A stretch of 64,000 nucleotides of DNA from Ignavibacteriota bacterium (GCA_963787835.1 CAWBEI010000002.1:64001-128000); one strand, 5' to 3'. Shown: positions 9,130 through 18,363, counted from the first letter of the stretch. Numbers and translations: made by a program. The notes: generated by a model not told the origin, from the sequence alone.

Positions 9130-9403
9130 AGAAAATTTCGGAAAAACTTGACAATGCCATTTTAATTGCGTAGATTGCGATTGCTTTGATGGGCACCTGT
9201 CCGGGGAAAAGATGAAAGATGAAGTATGAAAGATGAAATGGGGAGGCTGCAAGTTCATTGACAAATTGGTGAAATAGTTTTCTTTGCGGAGGAGATTTAT
9301 GAATTCCTAATGCAAAAAAAAATATTTGGAGACACGAACTGGCGAAAATGCTTCAAATTCGAGGGTGATCGGGAACTCGCAAGAAAAAGAAATGGCACCT
9401 ATT
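9130..9403 (+). ncRNA. Candidate non-coding element, copy A (paralog at 60348-60608)
   Basis: TTGACA-17nt-TAGATT (9148-9176), GGCACCT, four heptamers, boxA-like GTTCATTGACAA, and a 35-bp block identical to 60574-60608. Confidence 0.5.
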
Positions 9404-9440
9404 TCTGTAGAAAAAGCACGGGGACGATACCCGGGTGAAA

Positions 9441-10952
9441 TTACCGCCAGGTAATTTTTCTTCCGGCGGCTTTGGCTCGCTCCCAGATCCATCGGAGGAG
9501 TAGCGCCCATCCCTGGCTGATCGACATATCGGATTCGAGCAGGAAGTGCATATCGCGAATATCTTCGTCGGACATCGGAAGCTGCGCCGGAGCCGCAACG
9601 GGATCTCCGCCATTGCCGTCGCCGTGGTTAGGAGAACCGAGATACTCCGCAAGGAGCGCTCGCAAATGCTGATCCATGGCGCTCAATCGTTCACGAAGCG
9701 CGTCATCGGTTTCATACTGCTGAAGGAATTGGATGTGATCGTGAAGCACGGCCAGCTTTTTCGTCAGTTCGGGAGTCAGGAACTCTCTGGCTTCTTCTTC
9801 GAGCGCGAGGACGAGGGCTTCCAGATCGCCGATGGTTTCAGAAGTGGCTCGGAACCCTTCTAACTCGCTTAGGTCATCGATATTGACATAGACGTTTGAA
9901 AGCTGCTCCAGTTCATGGCCGAAGGGAACCCGACGCTGTGCGATCTGCGCTCGGACGCTGGCAAGCATTTGTTCGAGCACATGCCGCCGCGCCGCGCCTT
10001 CGGTGACCCGAAGCTGGTGCTCGATCTCATTCTTTTGGGACTGAAGATCGAGCAGCGTGCGGTCAGTGATCTTGCCGCGCGCGACCATATCGGCGATCTG
10101 GGCATCGCTGGCATGGACTTCGACATGCCCGATCTTGACGGAATTAATAATGATATGCTCATCCATGCTCGCGCGGATCACAGCTTCATCCAATTGCACG
10201 GCTCCATCGGTAATAACGAGGATCTCCGCGCCGGAAAGATGTTCCATTTCCTGAATATCCGAGAGCGCCTGAAGGAGCGCCTTTTGCAAAACCGTTCCCT
10301 CGCCCAAATGGGCGATACGCAATACATATCGCATCAGGGCATCGTAGCTGCCCTGATCGACCGCCGTGTGGAGATCGCCGACGTGATCGTCAAACGTTCT
10401 CAGGCTGATATGTCCAAGCTCTGCTTTATTGCGCTTGAGGAACATATACAGGATCGCTTTTGCAAGATGGATGCGATGGTGCGTCTGCATCGACCGGGAG
10501 GTATCGAAAAGGACATACACTTTTTGCTTGCGCGTATCGAAGGAAAAACTCGATCCGGTATCATCGACCGGCAAGATAACGCCGCTCTTTACGACCGGCA
10601 TCCACAGTTCCCGAAGCACGAGGCGTTCGAGGAATATCTCATCCGGCAGCAAAAATTGATTTGGATAGACACGGGAAACATCATGGTAACTTTTAATGAG
10701 ATCGGCAGCATACCGGTCGCCGGCAGGAAGGTAGCGATGCGGATCCTCGGGTTCCACGGAGGATGGATCCTGCCCATCCATGCCGGGAAGTTTCAGAACA
10801 GAAGAAAGTTTTTGAGAGAGCGCATTCGATTCATCTTCAAGAATGCGTGCAATTTCGAAGACAGCCGTAAAGTCCTTCGGCAGCTTCTCGTAAATATGCG
10901 AGAAGAAGCCGAACTCCTCCATAACCGAAAAAAATGCGCGCTCCGTGGACAT
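9441..10952 (-). CDS. VWA-domain protein (ViaA/CoxE-like partner of a MoxR ATPase)
   Basis: MIDAS motif VLFDTSRSM, GEGT, VITDG; helical C-terminal region. Confidence 0.8.
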   Translation of the reverse strand: MSTERAFFSVMEEFGFFSHIYEKLPKDFTAVFEIARILEDESNALSQKLSSVLKLPGMDGQDPSSVEPEDPHRYLPAGDRYAADLIKSYHDVSRVYPNQFLLPDEIFLERLVLRELWMPVVKSGVILPVDDTGSSFSFDTRKQKVYVLFDTSRSMQTHHRIHLAKAILYMFLKRNKAELGHISLRTFDDHVGDLHTAVDQGSYDALMRYVLRIAHLGEGTVLQKALLQALSDIQEMEHLSGAEILVITDGAVQLDEAVIRASMDEHIIINSVKIGHVEVHASDAQIADMVARGKITDRTLLDLQSQKNEIEHQLRVTEGAARRHVLEQMLASVRAQIAQRRVPFGHELEQLSNVYVNIDDLSELEGFRATSETIGDLEALVLALEEEAREFLTPELTKKLAVLHDHIQFLQQYETDDALRERLSAMDQHLRALLAEYLGSPNHGDGNGGDPVAAPAQLPMSDEDIRDMHFLLESDMSISQGWALLLRWIWERAKAAGRKITWR

Positions 10953-12022
10953 TATGCTTGCTTTGGCGTCACTTCATAGAACTCATAGAGCCACCAGGTC
11001 GTGCTCGCGGTGGGATAGACACCTCCCCAGCGAACACTCGATCGGTCCTCGATCTCTCGATACGCGGTCATTGCAAGAAGGCCATTTTCGTCATAGGCAT
11101 TCACCGTTTCGGATTCAATATTTGGGCCAAGGGTATGAAGGCGGACAAGTCGTTGTTTTTCATCGAACTCCTGAAGCGTATCCGTTTCGCCATTGGAATC
11201 GAACAATGATTGTTTTATACAATTTCCATTCTCGTATGTTGATTCCCTCTGCTGAAGCGTTTTACCGGCTGCATCCAGTTCCGACCAGCAGACTTCGTTG
11301 CCAACATTGTCATATTCATAAAGTTCTCTCAGCCATCGGGAACCGGTGGTTTCGATCGTGCCAATTTCGAGAAGCTTTCCATCTGCATTATAGGTGCGAT
11401 ACTCACCCTTGTAATCCCCGGTAGCTGGATCTATCTCCACATGCTCGATCACCCGGCCCTTTTCATCGAATTGGTCTTTGTAGCGGGATTCCATCTCATC
11501 TGCGCTGGTGGTCACCACTTCGTCAGTTGTGCCAGTCCAGATATGAGTGGTCTTTTCCTGGCTGCCATCGGAGTAATCGACAACCGCCGAAGCGATCCTT
11601 CCAAATGCATCGTAGTGCCGAAGTTCTTCTTCATTATTCTGCTCAATCGGATCTTGAAGCGTTCTTCGAATAAGTCTGCGGTCGTCATCATACCAAAACT
11701 GCTCACGTTCAGTCAGCGTATCTCCGTCGAACGAGCGTTTGTCTATCAAATATCCAGCTTCGTTATAGATGGATTCGGTATGATGTACTTCCAGCACAGG
11801 CTCCGTTGGATCGATTACAACTCCAGAATACGGTCCGCGATAACCCCTCATGCGAGGTGTAAATTGGAACACAACATTCGCATCCTCGGCATCGGGAATA
11901 GGCGCGACTTCAAACTTTTCGCTGGGATTCGGCTCGTCTGCAGCCCACCGGGGAACGGTGAACTCGACGATCAGCCGAATTCTTGGAATACTCGATCTAT
12001 AATCCTCGATCTCGTCGATCAT
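10952..12022 (-). CDS. Acidic YD/RHS-like beta-hairpin repeat protein
   Basis: Repeats YDDDRRL, YDAFGRI, FDEKGRV, YNADGKL, YDNVGNE, YDENGLL; no signal peptide; stop overlaps the VWA start (TAATG). Confidence 0.7.
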   Translation of the reverse strand: MIDEIEDYRSSIPRIRLIVEFTVPRWAADEPNPSEKFEVAPIPDAEDANVVFQFTPRMRGYRGPYSGVVIDPTEPVLEVHHTESIYNEAGYLIDKRSFDGDTLTEREQFWYDDDRRLIRRTLQDPIEQNNEEELRHYDAFGRIASAVVDYSDGSQEKTTHIWTGTTDEVVTTSADEMESRYKDQFDEKGRVIEHVEIDPATGDYKGEYRTYNADGKLLEIGTIETTGSRWLRELYEYDNVGNEVCWSELDAAGKTLQQRESTYENGNCIKQSLFDSNGETDTLQEFDEKQRLVRLHTLGPNIESETVNAYDENGLLAMTAYREIEDRSSVRWGGVYPTASTTWWLYEFYEVTPKQA

Positions 12023-12088
12023 ATCATTTCAGAATAATTTTAGTTGTAAAGGATAATATTCTGAAAAGAAATTCCAGCGTGCTATTAT

Positions 12089-13270
12089 TTAATTGTTTGT
12101 AACATCGATGCACATGATTTCCGGCGTATTCCCGATCCGTATCGGAGGTCCCCACGTGCCCGAACCGCAGGAGACATACACATGCGTTTTACCTTTCAAC
12201 TTATATCCCCAACTTACCTCATATACTCGTCTGGTGATGTAGCTCCATGGCCAGATCTGTGCATGGTGCGTATGGCCGGAAAGCTGGAGATCGATACCAT
12301 TTTGCTCTGCTTCCTCAAGATGGAAAGGTGTGTGATCCATTAAGATGATCGGCTTCGATCTATCGAGCGGAGCTACCAGATCTTCCAATGATTTTCGTTC
12401 CATATATGCAAATTGTTTGGCTGCACGATCTTCACGACCCACCACATAGACCCCTGCAACTTCAATCGCAGCATCACGGATCATTTTTATTCCGTGCGCT
12501 TCCAAATAGGCACAGCTTATTTCCGCGTTGCCAATATATTCATGGTTACCCGTGATGGCAAACACACCATACTTGCTCTCGATCTTTTTGAGTTCGCTTC
12601 CCAGATCGAGCTGCATGACCGGATGAGGGTTCCCATCTACCTGATCGCCGAGCATAAGCACGATATCGGGCTTTATTGCATTGATCTTCCTCACCATTTG
12701 TCGCACCATGCTGCGCCCGATCATCGATCCCATGTGCATATCGGAAATAGCGGCGATCCGAAGCGGCAATCCATGTTTTTCGATCTTGATCGAAAGTGGT
12801 TTAACACGGATGCGTCTGGCGTTCAGAAATCCGAGAAACATTGAGGCAAAAATGACTACAGAGAGAATAGCCGTGATCCATTCTGTAGTTTCTGTTCCCT
12901 TAAGAATACTCAAAGAAAGCAAACCAAATATCAGCCTCAACAGATCGATGATAACGAACGCAAGGAAATACCATGAGAGCGCTCCAAGCCAGAAAGAACC
13001 CACCCACGTCAGCACATCACTGATAAAATTACTGGATCGATATTCAAGAAACTGTCCCGCAATAAAACTCAGCGATATGAAGAGAAATACTGGAAGCAAG
13101 ATAGGATGGAACCATGAGTCATTCGGCACCGCCTGATTCAGCCGAGCAAAGATATACCCATTGATCAGCGCATAGACCGTAAAGAAGATCGAAAAAAATG
13201 CAAGGAACGAGCGCCGGCGATCCTGTTTACGCTCGCGGGTTTCGAGAATCGAATTGTTAGGAGAGGGCAT
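12089..13270 (-). CDS. Membrane-anchored metallophosphoesterase (YkuE/YaeI-like)
   Basis: N-terminal TM helices; DMH, GDQVD, GNHE, SGHTH motifs; start placed at ATG 13270, outside the IS arm. Confidence 0.9.
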   Translation of the reverse strand: MPSPNNSILETRERKQDRRRSFLAFFSIFFTVYALINGYIFARLNQAVPNDSWFHPILLPVFLFISLSFIAGQFLEYRSSNFISDVLTWVGSFWLGALSWYFLAFVIIDLLRLIFGLLSLSILKGTETTEWITAILSVVIFASMFLGFLNARRIRVKPLSIKIEKHGLPLRIAAISDMHMGSMIGRSMVRQMVRKINAIKPDIVLMLGDQVDGNPHPVMQLDLGSELKKIESKYGVFAITGNHEYIGNAEISCAYLEAHGIKMIRDAAIEVAGVYVVGREDRAAKQFAYMERKSLEDLVAPLDRSKPIILMDHTPFHLEEAEQNGIDLQLSGHTHHAQIWPWSYITRRVYEVSWGYKLKGKTHVYVSCGSGTWGPPIRIGNTPEIMCIDVTNN

Positions 13271-13288
13271 CAGATCAAAATTAGGTGA

Positions 13289-13931
13289 AGTCCCGTCAGG
13301 GACGAAAGTGTTCCAGCCCAGCACGTGAGTGCTGGGATAATAATACAAGAATGCCCCAAAGTCCCGCCAGGGACGACAGAATTACCCGAGCGTGTATCTC
13401 TCATCATATTCAATATTATTCGCCTTCAAAAATGCGATATACTCTTCTTGAAAACTTCGTTTCCGATGATGTTCTTCCTGGCCTTCGATATATGCTGTAA
13501 CTTTTCCCACTTGTGAGGTACTCACGCTGAATGCACTATAGCCCTCTTGCCATTCGAAAGACTTGAGTTGTGGAAACGCCTCCGACAGCCATTTCGAAGA
13601 GTTAGCTTTTATAAGCTGAACGATCTTCGACAACGAGATCGTGGATGGTATCTCCATTAGAATATGACAATGATTCTCATGTCCACCTACAGCAATAGGC
13701 GTTGCCTTAGCATTTCGAATGATACCGGCTATGTAATCCCACAAACGAGCACGAATTTCGGGATTTAAGCAATGAACACGATTTTTTGTGCTGAAAATGA
13801 GGTGGATATAGTTGCGAACATAAGAATGAGCCATTTTTCTGTCGTCCCTGACGGGACTTGCTGAAATTTATTGTTTCTTTTTCCCAGGACTCACGTCCTG
13901 GGCTGAAAACACTATCGTCCCTGACGGGACT
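13289..13931. mobile_element. IS200/IS605-type (RAYT-like) element: tnpA flanked by ~93-bp inverted arms of REP hairpins
   Basis: Arms 13289-13381 and 13837-13931 are inverted copies; each has two GTCCCG(T/C)CAGGGAC palindromes and a CCCAG-AC-GTGA-GT-CTGGG hairpin. Confidence 0.9.
13382..13834 (-). CDS. tnpA: IS200/IS605 family Y1 (HUH) transposase
   Basis: HLIFSTKNR, HUH motif NHCH, KANSSKW, WQEGY.AFSVS, YIEGQEEHH. Confidence 0.93.
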   Translation of the reverse strand: MAHSYVRNYIHLIFSTKNRVHCLNPEIRARLWDYIAGIIRNAKATPIAVGGHENHCHILMEIPSTISLSKIVQLIKANSSKWLSEAFPQLKSFEWQEGYSAFSVSTSQVGKVTAYIEGQEEHHRKRSFQEEYIAFLKANNIEYDERYTLG

Positions 13932-13962
13932 GGGGGTGCACGATGTTTACTTGGAAACCAAG

Positions 13963-15339
13963 TTAGAAATGCTCAACGTGGTCGGCAAACACGGTTTTGA
14001 TCTGTTGCTCCAAATGGGTTTTCAATATCTTCAAGTCCTCGGTTGAAGGATGAATGCTTTGAAGGAAACCCTCGGCAAGCCTGCGTTTATGCGAGGCAGA
14101 TGGATCGGTGACCCCAAGCGTCTCTTTTGCCCACGCAACAATGGATCGCTTGGTGGGAACCCCTTCGAGTTCCGTGAGCGGCTTTGACATCATCGAGGGA
14201 TCGTTCTTCAAACGCGAAAGCACATCGTCAAGCGTGAGCAAAGCTGATAGCTGGTCGAATGCTCCTGAAACCTGATAGAGTTGAAGCAGCGTGTCATACG
14301 ACCGTTGAAATAAAGTCTTCTCCTCTGGAATTCCTGAGGTGCATAGCAACAAATGTAACTTAGGAATATCCGCTTTCTCTGCATAGACACGTCCGTGAAG
14401 AAATGCAATGGCTCGAAGCACGTCCAGCGATTTTGCCTGCGTACGTGGCGAGATATAAAAATCTTTCGTTCGCAGATGCGCCTCGTGTGGCCGTTCATGC
14501 AACAGCCGGTTCCGCTGAACCTCGTAATGCCGAACGACAAGATTCATAAAATAGACGAGGTCCGGCGTAATCTGAATATGGTATTCCGGCACCTCGCCTC
14601 TGACAATATGCGAGGCGTAATCGAGATCCTCATAACGGAGCTTCTTAGGCGGCTCTATGGCATTGCCAAGATTTTTCAGATATTGTTGGGAGATCTTATA
14701 TTGATAAAAGGCATCCTTATCCGGATGGATAAGCGCCTTGAAAAGAAACCGGTCGAGCAAGGCTTCCGTAATCTCGGAGAGCCGGAGATAATTCGTGGCA
14801 GCGATGACGGTGTGAACATTGGAATGCACGCGCTGCACGCCGCGAATAAGCTCGCGTTCATTTAATAAGGAAAGCAGCGCGCGGAGCGTGTAATCGTTCG
14901 CATCGAAGATCTCGTCAATAAATCCGAACTCACTTTCGACAAGGGAACCTTCCGTATTATGGATGAGCCTGCCTTGCTTAAGTTCATCCAAAAGCAATCC
15001 ACCAAAATAGGTATCCGGCTGTTGCTCTTTGCTGGCCTGCACTTTGAAGATGCGGGCGCCTTCGAACATCCGGAACACTTGCTCGGCGAGCAGGGTCTTG
15101 CCAACGCCGGTCCGGCTTTCGAGCAGGATGTGCTCGCCAGTGAGCATGGCAAGAAAAATTTGCTCGACCACTTCTTCGCGATTGACGACGCGCTCCTGCA
15201 CGAATTCTATCGCGTCATTCACTCCGGCGATGATCGCCGAAGTATCGCGCGCGTTGCCATTACGCGCAGACCGGTTGGTCAGCGCGCTCACTAAAATGCT
15301 TTTCGATATTGTCTCTGCCATAAGGGATACGATGCTCAA
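13963..15339 (-). CDS. MoxR/RavA-like AAA+ ATPase
   Basis: GEHILLESRTGVGKT Walker A, FIDEIF Walker B, LLSLLNER, AATN, ALLDRF, ISPR. Confidence 0.85.
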   Translation of the reverse strand: MSIVSLMAETISKSILVSALTNRSARNGNARDTSAIIAGVNDAIEFVQERVVNREEVVEQIFLAMLTGEHILLESRTGVGKTLLAEQVFRMFEGARIFKVQASKEQQPDTYFGGLLLDELKQGRLIHNTEGSLVESEFGFIDEIFDANDYTLRALLSLLNERELIRGVQRVHSNVHTVIAATNYLRLSEITEALLDRFLFKALIHPDKDAFYQYKISQQYLKNLGNAIEPPKKLRYEDLDYASHIVRGEVPEYHIQITPDLVYFMNLVVRHYEVQRNRLLHERPHEAHLRTKDFYISPRTQAKSLDVLRAIAFLHGRVYAEKADIPKLHLLLCTSGIPEEKTLFQRSYDTLLQLYQVSGAFDQLSALLTLDDVLSRLKNDPSMMSKPLTELEGVPTKRSIVAWAKETLGVTDPSASHKRRLAEGFLQSIHPSTEDLKILKTHLEQQIKTVFADHVEHF

Positions 15340-15461
15340 CCGAATAATAGCTCTTTATAGGAATGCCGAGAATGGGTGAGAAAGTTGCGCCGCGCCGGAC
15401 ATTCCTGTCACAAACCAAAAAATGTAGTGGACGAAAGTTCATATTTCATCGTTTACAGCGC

Positions 15462-15965
15462 ATGCTTGATCTTATAGAAACCTATTACGGATACAATTCC
15501 TGGGCCACGGACATACTGCTCACTTCATGCGAGGAGCTTCCTCTCGAAGAATACTATGAACTCGGTTGCAGCGGGCATGGCTCGATCGGCGACACCCTTT
15601 CGCACCTTGTTCTCGTCCAGGAAGGGTGGGTTACCTGGTTCGAGGGTGGAGTGGAAATGAAGGATGCCGTCACAGTGATGACAGGCGAAAAGCTACTCAC
15701 GCTTAACGATGTAAGAGAGCGATGGGAGATTGTAAATGATCGGACCAATCGATTTGTCGCAGGTCTTACCGATGAAGCCCTCAGAGAAATTCGCACCTTC
15801 ACTCGTTCAAACGGAAAGAAGGAATCGAAGCCGCTCTGGATGTTTATGCTACACACCGCTAACCATGGTTCGCATACACGAGCCCAAGTTGTTGCAGCGA
15901 TCCGGCGATCCGGGCATGCGCCTCAGAATATAGATCTCTTGAATTACATGTTGAACGTGGGATAA
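15462..15965 (+). CDS. DinB family protein
   Basis: YNSWA, SIGDTLSH, HTANHGSHTRAQ. Confidence 0.85.
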   Translation: MLDLIETYYGYNSWATDILLTSCEELPLEEYYELGCSGHGSIGDTLSHLVLVQEGWVTWFEGGVEMKDAVTVMTGEKLLTLNDVRERWEIVNDRTNRFVAGLTDEALREIRTFTRSNGKKESKPLWMFMLHTANHGSHTRAQVVAAIRRSGHAPQNIDLLNYMLNVG

Positions 15966-16242
15966 TGCGAGAAGATCGAATAACCCAGGCCAAACGGAAT
16001 ATGGCCGAACAACAAGAGGTTCTTCGTGACATGGGTCCCTACATGACACTTGGTATCCAGCTTGTCCTCACGATCCTCGTTTTTTTGGGATCGGGTATTG
16101 GCTGGATCAACATTTCAAGACCGGCTCTCTCTGGACAGCTATTTTCACAGGTTTTGGGGCGTTCGCGAGTCTAACCTATTTTATTGTCACCATAATTCAG
16201 CTTCAAAAAAAGGAAGACGCCAGAACCAAAAAAAGTGAATGA
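15965..16242 (+). pseudogene. AtpZ/AtpI (ATPase gene 1) family protein with an apparent frameshift at T7 (16080-16086)
   Basis: 5' frame gives PYMTLGIQLVLTILV; the -1 frame continues FFGIGYWLDQHFKTGSLWTAIF...KKSE* to 16242; may be a sequencing error. Confidence 0.75.
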
Positions 16243-16450
16243 GTTGACGTTCATTTTTGAAACGAAATCAGAGTTAAAAGCATTTGGTGCGCGCGCCTGG
16301 GTAATGATGCCATAAAAGGGCATCCAGCATCTCTTTCTTGAAGCTAAAAAAGTAACAAAAAAGTGACTTTGCCGTATTTAGGCACACCAATTGCATACTG
16401 GTTTGCAAACTGGTATCGCACAAGTACCAAATCACGCGAAGGAACACGCA

Positions 16451-16933
16451 TTGAGCATTGACCCAAAATCCCAATTGACGACAAACGCCGCAGGTGCTCA
16501 GGCCGTATTGCCTGCTCCAAGGAATGTTGCCGACCTCCTGCTTAGTCAGGAAGCAAGCCGGTATTTTATCCAGCGGTATTTCCTTATGACTGGTGGTTTA
16601 TTGTTCGTTGGCTCCGTTCTCATGTATTCTTTTGCAAGCCCGGCTTTTATGAAGGGATGCTATTTCGGGATGGCGCTTCCGATCATTACGAGCTTTATTA
16701 GTTTTCTGGTTACGGAATGGGCGTTCGAGCAGCCAACCATGATGTTCATGATGGTTGCGATCATGAGCATGATCCTCCGAATGTTTAACCTGCTCCTTGC
16801 GTTTTGCGTCGGTTTCATTATTCTCAAAATGAATCCGGCGGGAGTGATCATCGGGTTGCTGGTAACCTATTTTTCCTATCTCACGATCGAGATCGCGTAC
16901 ATGCACAATAAAGGAAAAATTCTCGGACAGTAA
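16451..16933 (+). CDS. ATP synthase protein I-like membrane protein
   Basis: Four hydrophobic segments immediately upstream of atpB; start uncertain. Confidence 0.6.
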   Translation: MSIDPKSQLTTNAAGAQAVLPAPRNVADLLLSQEASRYFIQRYFLMTGGLLFVGSVLMYSFASPAFMKGCYFGMALPIITSFISFLVTEWAFEQPTMMFMMVAIMSMILRMFNLLLAFCVGFIILKMNPAGVIIGLLVTYFSYLTIEIAYMHNKGKILGQ

Positions 16934-18069
16934 TGGCAGCAGACACCACCCTCGCCCAGACCCCCGCCACCGCTGCTCCTCAAGAAGCGGTAAAGGAGAA
17001 CTTTTTTAGTGAAGGATTCCGCGAGCTTGGCAATCACCATACGGTAAATTTCATGCCGATCGGTGAACTTCCTTTGCCCTACATTTTCTTCGATCAAGGA
17101 TCGCTTCATGTCTATGCAAGCGCGGAATCGATGAAAGAAAGCGGCGTGTACACCACAAACTTAGACCCAAAACTTGATTCTCTAAGGATTAGCCGCAGCC
17201 AACCTGATTCCAAGACCATAGAAACCTCACCATTAGCGGAAAAGGGATCGGCTGTTCGAGCTGTTGATGGGAAACCTGTCGGGCTCGATCTTTCTATCAC
17301 TTCGAATCTCTTTTTCTTAGGCTTTGCCGCTTTGATGCTCGTGATCGTTCTTCGCATTGCGGGGTCGAAAGCAAAAAAATCCCTGGTGCCGAGCGGGATC
17401 AGAAATCTGGTGGAAGTGCTGATCGTGTTCGTGCGTGATGATATCGTCATGCCCAACGTAGCGGAGCCGTATGGCTCAGCGCTTCTGCCCTATTTTTTGA
17501 CGGTCTTTTTCTTCATTTTATTTGCAAATCTTACAGGGCTTCTGCCCTGGGCACACACCCCAACCAGTTCTATCGAGGTAACCGCCGCGCTTGCGATATG
17601 TACCTTCGTTGTTACACAATTCGTCGGATTGTGGACGATGGGCGTTAAAACATTCCTGCTGCACTTAACGGCCGGCCTTCACGAAATGGATCTGCCGGTC
17701 GCCATGAAGGCGCTTCTGTTACTCATTATGGTTCCAATCGAGCTCATGGGGATCTTCACAAAGCCGTTCGCGCTGTGTGTTCGTCTGTTCGCCAATATGA
17801 GCGGAGGGCATATTATCATCATTTCGCTGATCTGTCTTGCCTTCCTATTCCATTCTGTTATCGTCGGCGCATTAGTGACGGTGCCATTCGGATTATTCGT
17901 TTATTTCCTTGAGCTTTTTGTTGCAACGTTGCAGGCGTATATTTTTACGATACTTTCCGCGCTGTTTATTGGCATGATGGTGCACTCCGATCATGAAGAA
18001 CATGTTAAAGACCATGACATGACTCATGCACACGATGCCAGCCATTCGATCGTAACCGCGCACATATAA
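16933..18069 (+). CDS. atpB: F0 subunit a
   Basis: FFFILFANLTGLLP, KPFALCVRLFANM.GGH, LQAYIFT; His-rich C-terminal tail. Confidence 0.96.
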   Translation: MAADTTLAQTPATAAPQEAVKENFFSEGFRELGNHHTVNFMPIGELPLPYIFFDQGSLHVYASAESMKESGVYTTNLDPKLDSLRISRSQPDSKTIETSPLAEKGSAVRAVDGKPVGLDLSITSNLFFLGFAALMLVIVLRIAGSKAKKSLVPSGIRNLVEVLIVFVRDDIVMPNVAEPYGSALLPYFLTVFFFILFANLTGLLPWAHTPTSSIEVTAALAICTFVVTQFVGLWTMGVKTFLLHLTAGLHEMDLPVAMKALLLLIMVPIELMGIFTKPFALCVRLFANMSGGHIIIISLICLAFLFHSVIVGALVTVPFGLFVYFLELFVATLQAYIFTILSALFIGMMVHSDHEEHVKDHDMTHAHDASHSIVTAHI

Positions 18070-18118
18070 TTTTTTTAACAACGCATTTCATCACGTAATC
18101 AGAAAAACAAACTAAGAC

Positions 18119-18346
18119 ATGAACCCATCAGGATTAGCATTTTTGGGAGCAGGAGTTGGCGCAGGTATCGCAGTGCTTGGCGCAGGACAGGGCATCGGCA
18201 AGCTCGTAGCTTCCGCGATCGAATCGCAGGCGCGTCAGCCAGAGATGGCCAGCGGACTCCGCACCACGATGATCATCGGTGCAGCGCTTATCGAAGGTAT
18301 CGCCCTCTTCGCGCTCGTTATCTGCATTATTCTCGCCACCAAGTAA
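18119..18346 (+). CDS. atpE: F0 subunit c
   Basis: GxGxG helix, ARQPE loop, ALIEG. Confidence 0.97.
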   Translation: MNPSGLAFLGAGVGAGIAVLGAGQGIGKLVASAIESQARQPEMASGLRTTMIIGAALIEGIALFALVICIILATK

Positions 18347-18363
18347 CGCGTAATGTAGCGCAC

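Noticed and set aside
9369-9403. 35-bp exact repeat as a CRISPR repeat
   Set aside because: Only two copies, 51 kb apart; no spacer array and no cas genes in the window
9310-9438. Small ORFs across the repeated element (MQKKIFG..., and 60453-60896 in copy B)
   Set aside because: Starts and frames are not shared between the copies; an indel next to the conserved block breaks frame
13271-13348. ORF-track N-terminal extension of the metallophosphoesterase
   Set aside because: Derived from the IS inverted arm; ATG 13270 is the more plausible start
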